NCBI GenBank assembly: GCA_040954595.2
Contig: JBECUI020000030.1
Span: forward strand, 124,001-188,000
DNA length: 64,000 nucleotides
Direction: 5' to 3'
DNA from: Balanoglossus misakiensis
Lineage: Eukaryota > Animalia > Hemichordata
Part shown: positions 51,742 through 62,167 of the stretch, piece by piece
Position numbering within the stretch: the stretch's first letter is position 1
Layout: each line of letters opens with the position of its first letter
The notes under the pieces: generated by a model
Seen by the model: only the letters and a program-made list of their open reading frames with translations
The model's database searches: none
What the model was told of the DNA's origin: nothing
Position numbers and translations under genes: made by a program

Positions 51742-53250
51742 ATGAACAATATTAGTTCCCCTAACAATAGGCCTACGACACCTAAGGGACAAATGTCACA
51801 AAAGGTCGTTCCATTGCTACTAGGACCAATTCTCTTTGCTATTATGCTGTTAATGCCCCTTCCTAGCGGAATGACGCCAGAAGGAGCTAAGGTTTTAGCA
51901 GTTACTCTGTGGATGATTGTATGGTGGATTACTGAGGCTGTTCCAATTCCTGTAACAGCTCTTCTTCCACTCGTGCTCTTCCCATTAACGGGATTCAGTT
52001 CTATCGCGGTAGCAGCACGCGGATATTCAAACCATCTTATATTTCTGTTTATGGGTGGATTTATAATTGCACTGACTCTCGAACGATGGAATCTCCATAA
52101 ACGAATTGCCTGGGCAATCTTATCCGCATTGGGCACAAGTCCGCGACGAATGTTGCTCGGCTTCATGGTGTCAACCGGATTTATTTCTATGTGGATCTCA
52201 AATACGGCAACCGCAATGATGATGCTTCCCATTGCAACTGCTATCATTTCGCAGTTACCTATGCTTCTAAAAAATGCTCTTGCCGATACCGAGATTGAGA
52301 CGACATCACAAAAAATTGGGAAAGCACTTATGCTGGGGATCGCTTATTCCGCCTCCATCGGCGGCGTTGGAACGATTATCGGCACCCCGCCCAATACAGT
52401 TCTTGCAGGACAACTGAAAGAACTTTTTAACTATGATTTAGATTTTGCACGCTGGATGCTCGTTGGTGTACCACTAGCAATCGTGGGTATCTTTTTTGCA
52501 TGGCTCTTTATTCAAGCACAATACAAACTTTCCAACAAAGATATTCCCGGGACAAAAGACATTATCAATGATAAACGTAGGGAACTTGGGGTGATTTCTT
52601 CTAATGAGCGTAAGGTATTAATTTTGTTTGTTATTATCGCACTCAGCTGGATAACACGCCGGTGGGTTATTACACCGTTCTTTCCAAACGTCAACGATTC
52701 TGCTATTGCTATGATCGGGGCAATTGCACTTTTTATTATACCAGTAAGTAAAGCAGAGAGAAGTTCAAAGGGACTTTTTTTGCTAGACTGGAAAACTGCC
52801 CTAAAACTACCTTGGGGTATTATCTTTCTCTTTGGTGGTGGGTTCGCACTTGCCGGAGCTTTTTCTTCTTCGAAATTGAGTGTTTGGCTGGGAGAACTAC
52901 TTAAAAACTTGGCAGGACAACCAGAAGTGTTGATTATCGCTGGTATAGTCTTGCTGGTAACATTTCTTACGGAAGTTACATCAAATACGGCAACAACGAC
53001 CCTCTTGCTACCTGTTATGGCATCACTTGCGGTTGCAATAGGCGCAGAGCCGATACTTATTATGGGTGTCGCCGCACTGGCAGCTTCCTCTGCCTTTATG
53101 TTTCCGGTAGCTACCCCACCAAATGCCGTTGTATTCAGTGCCGGGTACCTAACAATTAAGGATATGGCTAAGACAGGGATTGTTCTAAACTTTGGAGCTG
53201 TTGTCTTAATAACGATTGTCGGGATTACCCTGTTTCAGTTTTTACAGTAG
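51742..53250 (+). CDS. DASS/SLC13 Na+:dicarboxylate symporter, copy 1
   Basis: WWITEAVP, SMWISNTATA, IGTPPN, FLTEVTSNTA, PVATPPNA. Confidence 0.92.
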   Translation: MNNISSPNNRPTTPKGQMSQKVVPLLLGPILFAIMLLMPLPSGMTPEGAKVLAVTLWMIVWWITEAVPIPVTALLPLVLFPLTGFSSIAVAARGYSNHLIFLFMGGFIIALTLERWNLHKRIAWAILSALGTSPRRMLLGFMVSTGFISMWISNTATAMMMLPIATAIISQLPMLLKNALADTEIETTSQKIGKALMLGIAYSASIGGVGTIIGTPPNTVLAGQLKELFNYDLDFARWMLVGVPLAIVGIFFAWLFIQAQYKLSNKDIPGTKDIINDKRRELGVISSNERKVLILFVIIALSWITRRWVITPFFPNVNDSAIAMIGAIALFIIPVSKAERSSKGLFLLDWKTALKLPWGIIFLFGGGFALAGAFSSSKLSVWLGELLKNLAGQPEVLIIAGIVLLVTFLTEVTSNTATTTLLLPVMASLAVAIGAEPILIMGVAALAASSAFMFPVATPPNAVVFSAGYLTIKDMAKTGIVLNFGAVVLITIVGITLFQFLQ

Positions 53251-53305
53251 TGCCGTTTGTTCAAATGAACTAAGACAATCTAGTTATTGCTCGGTCTACG
53301 AAATA

Positions 53306-53340
53306 GCGATACCCTAATTCCCTAGGGTATCGCATACTTT
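53306..53340 (+). terminator. Hairpin between the DASS paralogs (possible terminator)
   Basis: GCGATACCCTA-attccc-TAGGGTATCGC perfect 11-bp stem followed by atacttt. Confidence 0.55.
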
Positions 53341-53430
53341 ACTCATTCATTCGGTATGAGTGATTTCATGCCGCTTTTACTTCTATCTGAACGTATACTA
53401 TAATACCTAAAATAAAGGAGACGCTTATCT

Positions 53431-54939
53431 ATGAGCAATATCAGTTCCCCAAACAACAGGTCAACGACGCCTAAGGGACAAATGTTACAGAAGGTCATTG
53501 CATTGTTACTAGGACCAATTATCTTTGCTATCGTACTTTTAATGCCACTTCCAAATGGCATGACACCGGAAGCGGCTAAGGTCTTAGCGGTTACTCTGTG
53601 GATGATTATATGGTGGATTACGGAAGCAGCTCCAATCCCTGTAACGGCTCTTCTTCCACTCGTGCTCTTCCCATTAACGGGATTCAGTACTATTGCGCAA
53701 GCAGCAAGTGGATATTCAAATCATCTTATATTTCTGTTTATAGGTGGATTTATGATTGCACTGGCTCTCGAACGATGGAATCTGCATAAACGAATTGCCT
53801 GGGCAATCTTGTCCGCATTGGGCACAAGTCCAAGACGAATGCTGTTCGGATTCATGGTGGCTACCGGATTTATTTCTATGTGGATCTCTAATACGGCAAC
53901 AACAATGATGATGCTTCCCATTGCAACCGCTATTATTTCGCAGTTACCTACGCTTCTAAAAAAATCTCTTGCCGATACCAAGGTTGATACGACAACACAA
54001 AGCATTAGTAAAGCACTTATGCTGGGGATCGCTTATTCTGCTTCCATTGGCGGCGTTGGAACAATTATCGGCACCCCGCCCAATACCATTCTTGCAGGAC
54101 AGCTGAAAGAACTTTTGAACTATGATTTAGACTTTGCACGCTGGATGATCGTTGGTGTACCACTAGCAGTCGTGGGTGTCTTCTTTGCATGGCTCTTTCT
54201 TCAATCACGATACAAACTTTCAAGCAAAGATATTCCCGGGGCACAAGACATTGTCAATGACAAACGTAAGGAACTTGGGGTGATTTCTTCTGATGAACAA
54301 AAGGTATTAGTTTTGTTTATTATTATCGCGCTCAGTTGGATAATGCGCCCGTGGATTATCACACCGTTCTTTCCAAAAGTCAACGATTCTGCTATTGCTA
54401 TGATTGGTGCTATTGCACTCTTTATGATACCGGTAAGTAAGGCAGAGAGGGGTGAAAAGGGATTTTTTTTGCTAGACTGGACAAGTGCCTTAAACCTACC
54501 TTGGGGTATTATCTTTCTTTTTGGTGGGGGCTTCTCGCTTGCCGGAGCTTTTGCTTCTTCTCAACTGAGTGTTTGGCTCGGAGAACTACTTAAAAACTTG
54601 GCAGGATTACCGGAATTGTTGGTTATCAGCAGTATAGTCTTGATGGTAACATTTCTTACGGGAGTTACATCAAATACGGCATCAACGACCCTTTTAGTGC
54701 CTATTATGGCATCGCTTGCGATTGCAATAGGGACGGAACCGATACTTATTATGGGAGTTACCGCATTGGCTGCTTCCTGTGCCTTTATGTTTCCAGTAGC
54801 TACCCCACCAAATGCCATTGTGTTCGGTGCTGGGTACCTAACAATTAAGGATATGGCTAAGGCAGGGCTTATTACGAACTGTGGTGCAACGTTCTTAATA
54901 ACAATTACTGGTGTTACCCTATTTCAGTTTTTATATTAG
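53431..54939 (+). CDS. DASS/SLC13 transporter, copy 2 (tandem paralog)
   Basis: Colinear 502-aa paralog of copy 1 with homologous flanks. Confidence 0.92.
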   Translation: MSNISSPNNRSTTPKGQMLQKVIALLLGPIIFAIVLLMPLPNGMTPEAAKVLAVTLWMIIWWITEAAPIPVTALLPLVLFPLTGFSTIAQAASGYSNHLIFLFIGGFMIALALERWNLHKRIAWAILSALGTSPRRMLFGFMVATGFISMWISNTATTMMMLPIATAIISQLPTLLKKSLADTKVDTTTQSISKALMLGIAYSASIGGVGTIIGTPPNTILAGQLKELLNYDLDFARWMIVGVPLAVVGVFFAWLFLQSRYKLSSKDIPGAQDIVNDKRKELGVISSDEQKVLVLFIIIALSWIMRPWIITPFFPKVNDSAIAMIGAIALFMIPVSKAERGEKGFFLLDWTSALNLPWGIIFLFGGGFSLAGAFASSQLSVWLGELLKNLAGLPELLVISSIVLMVTFLTGVTSNTASTTLLVPIMASLAIAIGTEPILIMGVTALAASCAFMFPVATPPNAIVFGAGYLTIKDMAKAGLITNCGATFLITITGVTLFQFLY

Positions 54940-55019
54940 TACCGTTCGTGCAAATGAACTCAGACAATCCAGTTATTGACCTGTCTGCGGGATAGCGATA
55001 CTCTATAATAAGGTAGTCT

Positions 55020-56294
55020 ATGACATACAAAATAGAAGGCGGCGTTCAAAGTAAGGGTGTAGTGCATATTAAAGGGAATAAGAATGCTGCATTACCCTGT
55101 ATTGCAGCATCGCTTCTAACCAATGAAACAGTAACCTTACATAATGTTCCACAAATCGAAGATGTTCAGGTTATGCTCTCTATCCTAGAACATATTGGTT
55201 ATCGTATTAAACGTTCGGCAAATAGCTGTACGATTTATCCTGATAATATTATCAGCTCAGAGCTCCCCTCCAACTTGGGGGGAAAAATTCGTGCATCCAT
55301 TCTTTTTGCGGGCCCACTTTTGGCACGTACCGGGAACGCATTGTTTCCCCCACCTGGTGGTGATGTCATTGGACGCCGACGACTTGATACCCATTTTCTC
55401 GCATTATGCAAGCTGGGTGCAGTAGTCGAAAAAAACACTATTTTTATGATGAAGACTGATAAACTGCGTGGAACAGAAATTTTTCTTGACGAGGCATCGG
55501 TTACTGCTACGGAAAATGCTATAATGGCAGCTTCCCTAGCTGAAGGTCGTACTGTTATTGAAAATGCCGCTAGTGAACCACATGTGCAAGACCTTTGCCT
55601 TATGCTTAACAGTATGGGAGCAGATATTTCCGGCATTGGATCCAATATACTTGTAATTAATGGGAAAAAGAAACTGCATGGAACCGAGTTTACTATTGGA
55701 CCCGATTACATGGAAATTGGTTCGTTTATTGGATTAGCAGCGGTTACACGGGGCGAGGTAGAATTGCACCATGTAAATCCAAATCATTTGAAAATGATGG
55801 CTGGAACATTCCAAAAATTGGGCATCCGGTGGTTTACCGAAGGGGATACCCTGTTTATGCCTGCGAAACAAGATATGCGTGTTATGCCCGAATTAGGGAA
55901 TCCCATTCCAAAGATTGATGATGCCCCTTGGCCTGGATTCCCACCTGACCTCATCAGTATTGCATTAGTTGTAGCCACACAGGTACAAGGGACTGTCCTT
56001 ATTCATGAAAAAATGTATGAATCGCGTATGTTCTTTGTTGATAAACTTATTGCCATGGGTGCAGGGATTGTGCTTTGTGATCCACATCGTGCCGTTATAG
56101 CAGGTCCATCTCAGTTAATCGGTGCAGAATTGGTTTCCCCTGATGTACGTGCTGGAATGGCAATGATTGTGGCAGCTGTTTGTGCAGAGGGAACCAGTAC
56201 TATTCATAATACTTATCAAATTGAACGAGGCTACGAGAGTATCTATAAACGACTACAGGCAATCGGCATTAATGTTGAACATGTTGCAGAGTAG
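55020..56294 (+). CDS. murA: UDP-N-acetylglucosamine 1-carboxyvinyltransferase
   Basis: GNKNAALP, RASIL, PPPGGDVIGRR, SVTATENAIMAA, IERGYE. Confidence 0.95.
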   Translation: MTYKIEGGVQSKGVVHIKGNKNAALPCIAASLLTNETVTLHNVPQIEDVQVMLSILEHIGYRIKRSANSCTIYPDNIISSELPSNLGGKIRASILFAGPLLARTGNALFPPPGGDVIGRRRLDTHFLALCKLGAVVEKNTIFMMKTDKLRGTEIFLDEASVTATENAIMAASLAEGRTVIENAASEPHVQDLCLMLNSMGADISGIGSNILVINGKKKLHGTEFTIGPDYMEIGSFIGLAAVTRGEVELHHVNPNHLKMMAGTFQKLGIRWFTEGDTLFMPAKQDMRVMPELGNPIPKIDDAPWPGFPPDLISIALVVATQVQGTVLIHEKMYESRMFFVDKLIAMGAGIVLCDPHRAVIAGPSQLIGAELVSPDVRAGMAMIVAAVCAEGTSTIHNTYQIERGYESIYKRLQAIGINVEHVAE

Positions 56295-57966
56295 CGGAGA
56301 ACTTTACGAGTCCATAGATAATCATGAATCCGATTAAAATAACTAATACAATTATCGCTATGATATCCCCGAACAAGACGGCAACTGACCCAACAAGTAT
56401 GCGTCCTACATATAAGTAAAGTAGTTGTACTACATACATAATGAATGCTATACAGGGAAGCAAAATAATGTTTCCTAGCCAGTTGGGGCGTGTGCAAACC
56501 TTAATTGCCAGAAAAAAAGCAAGAAAAGGAAAAAATAAAATTCCAACGGCTTGAAAGATCCGGTCGGATAATTCATTAACTACCTGAGACCATAGTTGTG
56601 GGGCTCGGTCTCGTGTCCGAGATGCCAGTTGTATCAGAAGCAATATATCAAGATTTCGTGCGACATTACGGGAAGAGCCGGAAAGAATCAATTCCCCTAT
56701 CGGTGCCACCAGTGGTAAGAAGTACATTAGTTCCGGTTCTTGGTCGCGCTTGATTATTTCCAATTCGTTTATTCTGCGTTCTTCCCCAATCATGCGAAAA
56801 TTAAAGGCTGTGCTATTAATCTTGGCGACTTTACTTCTAAAATGTGCTAGTATTTCGCCGTTTCCCATAAAACGAAGCACTTCGACGCCTCTTGCATAGT
56901 GCTCGGTGCCCGTGGAATAAAAGGCATCTATATATACTAGTTCATGAAAATCTTCTGCACTTCTGTTTGTAAAGATAATATTGTGCTTGCTCGGATAGTT
57001 CTGTGCAAACTCTAATTCATGCTGAAAAAATGACAGAGCCTTTACTCCTTCCAACGTGCGGTCATAGTAAAGACGGATATCAGGGTCATTGGGGGCGTCC
57101 ACAAGGAGATCGGTAAACGTAAAATAGGCCCGAATTAATGCATCTGTATTACCTTCTACGGTGCCGGCAATATAGTCCCAGTACCCATCAACAGTACGCG
57201 TGTAGCGTTCCCACGTATTCCGTTCATCAAATGAAGAACGTGATACCCTCGATATGCCGTCCTGAGAATTCTGAATGAGCTGTTCAACATCAAAACGAGG
57301 TTCTGCACTCAGACGATCAGCCTGAATTGCATAATAATGTGCAGTAATATAGTCGTCCTGTGCTAAATGTTGCTCTGATAATTGGATTAGCTCGGATAGG
57401 CTGTACCCATCCCACGCAGGAGACTGAACTTCTTCGGATACCTCCGGCACAATGGCACTATGACGGCGATAGGCTTCGTTGAGAAGTGATTCGACATCGC
57501 TGTTCCCATTTATGTAGGTATTGTACTCCTCCAGATAATTAATGACTGCCTCGTAATCACCTTGCTCCAGTTTTTCGGTAGCACTATCTTTTAGATTCTG
57601 TAAAGTCTGTGATACAGACCATAAACTGACCAGTCGCGTGCGCATTGCGGGGAGGACAAACATTAATATGACTATGTAGATTACCAATAAAATAACATGA
57701 AAAACAATAAACGATAACTGTTTGAAGGTGTTCCCCTTACTCGGTTCTTTATTTTTGTTCGTTTTACAAGAAACAAAAACAGCTAAAACATGTATGACCA
57801 TCCACAGACTAAAAAAGAGAACTCCGGCACTTAAAAGAATGTACTGCACTACATATTGGGCATGCACGCCATGTACCGACACAAAAAGCAAGGTATCAAG
57901 GAAGATGACAAACATTGCTATAATGTATATGAGAATACAGGTTAGCACAGAAAATTTTCTAGTCAT
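56269..57966 (-). CDS. Hypothetical membrane protein with large extracytoplasmic TPR-like region
   Basis: 3 N-terminal and 3 C-terminal hydrophobic helices around a soluble helical domain. Confidence 0.7.
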   Translation of the reverse strand: MTRKFSVLTCILIYIIAMFVIFLDTLLFVSVHGVHAQYVVQYILLSAGVLFFSLWMVIHVLAVFVSCKTNKNKEPSKGNTFKQLSFIVFHVILLVIYIVILMFVLPAMRTRLVSLWSVSQTLQNLKDSATEKLEQGDYEAVINYLEEYNTYINGNSDVESLLNEAYRRHSAIVPEVSEEVQSPAWDGYSLSELIQLSEQHLAQDDYITAHYYAIQADRLSAEPRFDVEQLIQNSQDGISRVSRSSFDERNTWERYTRTVDGYWDYIAGTVEGNTDALIRAYFTFTDLLVDAPNDPDIRLYYDRTLEGVKALSFFQHELEFAQNYPSKHNIIFTNRSAEDFHELVYIDAFYSTGTEHYARGVEVLRFMGNGEILAHFRSKVAKINSTAFNFRMIGEERRINELEIIKRDQEPELMYFLPLVAPIGELILSGSSRNVARNLDILLLIQLASRTRDRAPQLWSQVVNELSDRIFQAVGILFFPFLAFFLAIKVCTRPNWLGNIILLPCIAFIMYVVQLLYLYVGRILVGSVAVLFGDIIAIIVLVILIGFMIIYGLVKFSATLQHVQH

Positions 57967-58882
57967 TATATATATCCCTTTCAATGCCGCGGACAAAAGC
58001 GATGATAAAAAGAATGATGCCGGGAATTAAAAAGATTCCATGAAACTGAAGGAGCCATTCCAATGATGGCACAAACTGCGTGGGGACATCCCCTGACTGA
58101 ATTGCCGATGCTATCCAATAATATAACTGGAATATTCCCCAGCCCGTCAAGGCACTGAGCCATATATGCATGCCATACCAGGACTGAAAACATACAATTG
58201 CCCAGAGGGAAACCAGAACAAATGTTAGACTAAATGAAAAAAAGAGCTGGTCTAATACCTCCTTGCGTCTCTTGACTAGCTCCTCTTGAATCTGCTGAAT
58301 TGGCATCCCGATACCTTGTATTATATCCGGAGCGGCAAAGATCCCAAATACTGGTCCTAGCTCTTCATTGAGGGGAATGGGAGCAACACTCCCCCCTACC
58401 AATACTTCTGATGAATCAACAGTGGCATCCTGATATACACTGAAATATGGGATCCCGAGGGAATTGCCAATAATGGCCTGTTCTCCATTGCCCGCATCTT
58501 CTTGCAAAAACAAATGTCTCCCATCGTCTGTGGTCAGTAGTTGTTGGTAGGGAAGACTCGAAAATTGAATTGGCTCCGGTGCTATGTATAATGCACCGTA
58601 TATCCCGATGAGCATGACAATATTGCATAATCCTAATACCAGTAATTGTAACCCGTATACAGTGGGGTCGCTTCGTATGAGTAATAAGATGCGGAGAATT
58701 GCTATGAAGGTAGCAAGTGGCAAAAATGTATGAATGCCAACAAGGATGGTGTTATATAGTGCTATGCCGCCCCAATGGTTGCCGACGCCGTATTGATACA
58801 AGACATACAGTAGAACACAGATAATGAGTGCGAGTATGGTGTATAAAGCATAACATGATATTAGTCGAAGAATTCTCCTCAT
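57959..58882 (-). CDS. Hypothetical multi-pass membrane protein
   Basis: 3+3 TM layout; overlaps the next gene. Confidence 0.7.
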   Translation of the reverse strand: MRRILRLISCYALYTILALIICVLLYVLYQYGVGNHWGGIALYNTILVGIHTFLPLATFIAILRILLLIRSDPTVYGLQLLVLGLCNIVMLIGIYGALYIAPEPIQFSSLPYQQLLTTDDGRHLFLQEDAGNGEQAIIGNSLGIPYFSVYQDATVDSSEVLVGGSVAPIPLNEELGPVFGIFAAPDIIQGIGMPIQQIQEELVKRRKEVLDQLFFSFSLTFVLVSLWAIVCFQSWYGMHIWLSALTGWGIFQLYYWIASAIQSGDVPTQFVPSLEWLLQFHGIFLIPGIILFIIAFVRGIERDIYND

Positions 58883-58896
58883 ACACCTATCCTAGC

Positions 58897-59592
58897 TTAT
58901 GTTTCTTGTTCTTCCGAAGATCCCAGCCCAACCTGCTTTTCAAATTTCTGCAAGTCCTCTTCTGAAACTTCACGAACATCCTGCCCGAGTGTTTTATACT
59001 GTTTTTTAAGATTATCATCCTGATTCTCAGACGCCATCTCCAGTTCGTTGCTAACTTCCATCTCTTCAATCTTTCGTGTAATCTGCTCAAATGATTGAAA
59101 GGGGTCGTTCTCGTTTAGACTATTTAATTCTTGTTGGACACTTGCTTGTAAATCGGCACGACGGGCACGGGCGAGAAGAAGGGTTTTATTGCGCTCGGCT
59201 ACATTGACCTTTTCCTGTACAATGACTAGAAAATCCTGAAGTTCCTTGATACTGGCCTGATAAGCTGATACCTGTGTTTGAGCGGCCTCTATGGTGCGGT
59301 CAAGTTCATGCTTCCGATACAACATTTTTCGTGCCAAATCTTCGTTTCCGGCTTGTAATGCTTTTCGTGCCTTTTTCTTCCATTGTTCGGACTCTGTTTT
59401 ATATGCACGAATCTTCCGTAATAAACGTCTTTCATCAACAATAACCGCAGCTAGACTCTTTTTCCCTTTTTCCAGCTTCCGATGCATATCGGCTATTGTT
59501 TGTGTAAGCATACGTTCCGGTGTTTCTAGCTTACTGAGAAACTGATGGACACTCGCACGAATGATCCGCCCACTCCTCTCAAAAAATCCCAT
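58897..59592 (-). CDS. pspA: PspA/IM30 family protein
   Basis: MGFFER..RIIRA amphipathic helix, ETPERML.Q.I.DM, AL.AGNEDLAR, coiled coils. Confidence 0.9.
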   Translation of the reverse strand: MGFFERSGRIIRASVHQFLSKLETPERMLTQTIADMHRKLEKGKKSLAAVIVDERRLLRKIRAYKTESEQWKKKARKALQAGNEDLARKMLYRKHELDRTIEAAQTQVSAYQASIKELQDFLVIVQEKVNVAERNKTLLLARARRADLQASVQQELNSLNENDPFQSFEQITRKIEEMEVSNELEMASENQDDNLKKQYKTLGQDVREVSEEDLQKFEKQVGLGSSEEQET

Positions 59593-59637
59593 TTATTCTA
59601 TCCTTTACGTTAGTATACTACATAATTATATAAATGA

Positions 59638-60354
59638 CTATGCTAATAACTCCAAAAATACGTTCTGAACTACCCGTGAGGGTGCATGGAGAAGCCAAAG
59701 TGCCGCTGTTGCCACTTCTTCCGGTAAAAAAATTCGTATATCTTTTCTTCCTTCTACATCTGCAATGTTTTCAGCATGTCGGGTACGGACATACCCTGGG
59801 TAGATTGCATGTACTGCTACACCGGACGAAGCAAACTCGCGGGCGGCCGAACGGGTAATGACCTCAATGCCTGCTTTTGCAGCAGTATAAGCCGCAGTAC
59901 GCAAAACGCCCCGAACAGTTCGTATAGTACTGCTGCCAAAAAGAAGAATTCTGCCCCAAGCCCGTAATGCCATCTCTGGTGCAATGGCGGATACTAATGC
60001 TCCTGCCAGTGATAAATTCCAGCGTGCCATTTCTTCCCATTCTGATCCATCAGTCTCTGATAAAGAAGACATGGTAAAGGGACCATGTGCAATAATAAGA
60101 ATGTCTATCGGCAGATAGTTCCGTACAACTGCAACTGTTTCGGGAACTGATTGGATAGGATGTAGACATTCCTCTACTGGTCCCAAACGCCGTAATTGTC
60201 TACTTTTCTCCGCAAGCCGCTCGTGATCTCTTCCATGTAGTATGACTGTGCTTCTTTCTCTTGATAGCTGTTCTGCTATGGCATAACCAATATCACCTGT
60301 TCCGCCAAGAATAAAACAACGTTTTCCTACTAGGGGGCTGTTCGTATCGTTCAT
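59638..60354 (-). CDS. SDR-family oxidoreductase
   Basis: GGTGDIG, YTAAK, AIYPGYV. Confidence 0.88.
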   Translation of the reverse strand: MNDTNSPLVGKRCFILGGTGDIGYAIAEQLSRERSTVILHGRDHERLAEKSRQLRRLGPVEECLHPIQSVPETVAVVRNYLPIDILIIAHGPFTMSSLSETDGSEWEEMARWNLSLAGALVSAIAPEMALRAWGRILLFGSSTIRTVRGVLRTAAYTAAKAGIEVITRSAAREFASSGVAVHAIYPGYVRTRHAENIADVEGRKDIRIFLPEEVATAALWLLHAPSRVVQNVFLELLA

Positions 60355-60413
60355 TCGCTTACAATACCACTATAGATGTCATTACCGCTCCGGATGTAAC
60401 CGGCAAACTGTGC

Positions 60414-61823
60414 TTACAGACTGCCGTCTTCCAGATATTTAAGTGCCGTATTCAAAACCGTATCATATTGTAGATCAAAGAGTTGAATTTTATTTTTGGT
60501 GGTACGATATATGTCCTGCCTCAGTTTATATCGGAGATGCTCCTCGTTGAGTGCCGGATACTCATTTGTTACCTGAGAAACAAAGCCCTCTATTCCTTCG
60601 GAAGAAAAATCGCCTGCTGCTATAAAATTCGCTAGACTATTACTAATGCTCAGTTCTGTATAAGCAAGAATCTCTTCATCGGTTAATGTCCGTTCTTCTA
60701 CAACAATGTCCGGGTCAATGCCAACCGAGTCAATGTTGTTCCCTGCAGGAGTATAATAACGTGCAGTGGTCATGCGGAAGGCAAATGTATCAATACTAAT
60801 TATCTGTTGCACCGACCCCTTCCCATAGGTGGTGGTGCCCAAGAGTTTTGCCCGACCATGGTCCTTGAAAGCACCGGCAATGATCTCGGATGCTGATGCC
60901 GAACCTTTATTTATCAATACCAGAATCGGTATTGTATTCGGAACAAGTGCCCCATCGGCTGTCATGTGTACGACTCTTCCCTGTCCGTCTCTTCCCTGAA
61001 TTGATACAACTGGCTGATTACTAAAAAACGGATCTGCGGCACGGATTGCACCCTCTAGGGAGCCTCCTCCGTTTTCACGCAAATCAATAATAAGTTTTTG
61101 CATGCCTTGGTCTAGTAATGCTAATACGGCATCGCGAATTTTTTCTCCAGTCAAAAAGGTGAATACAAAAACACGGACATACCCAATGTTATCGTCAATC
61201 ATTTCGTAGCCAATGGTTGGTATCTGAATTTTGGCACGGGTGAGAGTAACCTGAAAGGGATTGGCTGATAACCGTTGAATGCTTAAACTTACCTGTGATC
61301 CGACTTCTCCTCGCAAGAGGGCTACCGCTTCATGCAGAGTCATACTGTCAGTGCTCACCCCATCAATTTCCAGTATTAGATCTCCTGAGCGAAGTCCCCG
61401 ACGCGACGCCGGAGTATCAATAATCGGTGAGATGACCTCAAGATAGCTCTGTTGAGATTCATTACGCTGTTTATCAACATACATACCAAGACCGCCAAAG
61501 GTTCCTACTACCATTCCCTCCAGCCGCATAATCTCTTCTTCGGATAAAAGAGCACTGTACGGATCGTCTACGGCAGACATCATACCATCTAGTGCACCCT
61601 GGATGAGCGTATCCGCCTGGATTTCATCAACATAATTGTTAGTAACTTGTGAAAATAGTTGATGAATTGGCGAAAACTGCTGATTCTGTGCAACAATGAC
61701 TGCAAGGAAAACTATAACTGAGATAAGTAAAAGAAAAGTAATGATAATTATTCTTCTTTTCCCACGCAAACTAAGCTTGGAGAAAAAATTCTGCCTTATG
61801 ACGTTCATCCACTTCATACCCAC
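60414..61823 (-). CDS. ctpA: Carboxyl-terminal processing protease (S41)
   Basis: DDPYS, PDZ FGGLG, DLRENGGG, SASASEI, TYGKGSVQ. Confidence 0.93.
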   Translation of the reverse strand: MGMKWMNVIRQNFFSKLSLRGKRRIIIITFLLLISVIVFLAVIVAQNQQFSPIHQLFSQVTNNYVDEIQADTLIQGALDGMMSAVDDPYSALLSEEEIMRLEGMVVGTFGGLGMYVDKQRNESQQSYLEVISPIIDTPASRRGLRSGDLILEIDGVSTDSMTLHEAVALLRGEVGSQVSLSIQRLSANPFQVTLTRAKIQIPTIGYEMIDDNIGYVRVFVFTFLTGEKIRDAVLALLDQGMQKLIIDLRENGGGSLEGAIRAADPFFSNQPVVSIQGRDGQGRVVHMTADGALVPNTIPILVLINKGSASASEIIAGAFKDHGRAKLLGTTTYGKGSVQQIISIDTFAFRMTTARYYTPAGNNIDSVGIDPDIVVEERTLTDEEILAYTELSISNSLANFIAAGDFSSEGIEGFVSQVTNEYPALNEEHLRYKLRQDIYRTTKNKIQLFDLQYDTVLNTALKYLEDGSL

Positions 61824-61997
61824 ATCTTTCTAGCATAGATAAAGAAATATATCAAGGTCTGCAATAATCACACTTAAGCCAAAATTTCAATAGGGGGTTT
61901 TCCGTTCATACAAAATACTTGTGCAAGCATGCACTTGTCTGTTGACTAATTGTAGTAATAAACTTAAATATAAGTGCGATAAAAATAGGTTTCAGAT

Positions 61998-62093
61998 TAT
62001 GAAAAAAGAAATATTTGCTGGGTTGCTATTGCTATGCTTTGCTGTTATTGCAACTGCCAAACAATACTCCCTGAAAACGGTATTACATTTGTA
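61998..62093 (+). other. 31-codon ORF that is mostly a signal peptide (possible gene remnant)
   Basis: MKKEIFAGLLLLCFAVIATA-KQYSLKTVLHL*. Confidence 0.4.
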
Positions 62094-62167
62094 AGGGTTT
62101 TTTTTTCGTGCGATAAAGGGTGTTGCTTTCTTTAAGAAATGTGCTGTTTTTTATGAAGGGCATGGGG

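Noticed and set aside
51648-52247. 199-aa antisense ORF, and similar ones such as 45193-45741, 42738-43241, 26666-27190
   Set aside because: Shadow ORFs opposite well-supported genes, with no recognisable motifs.
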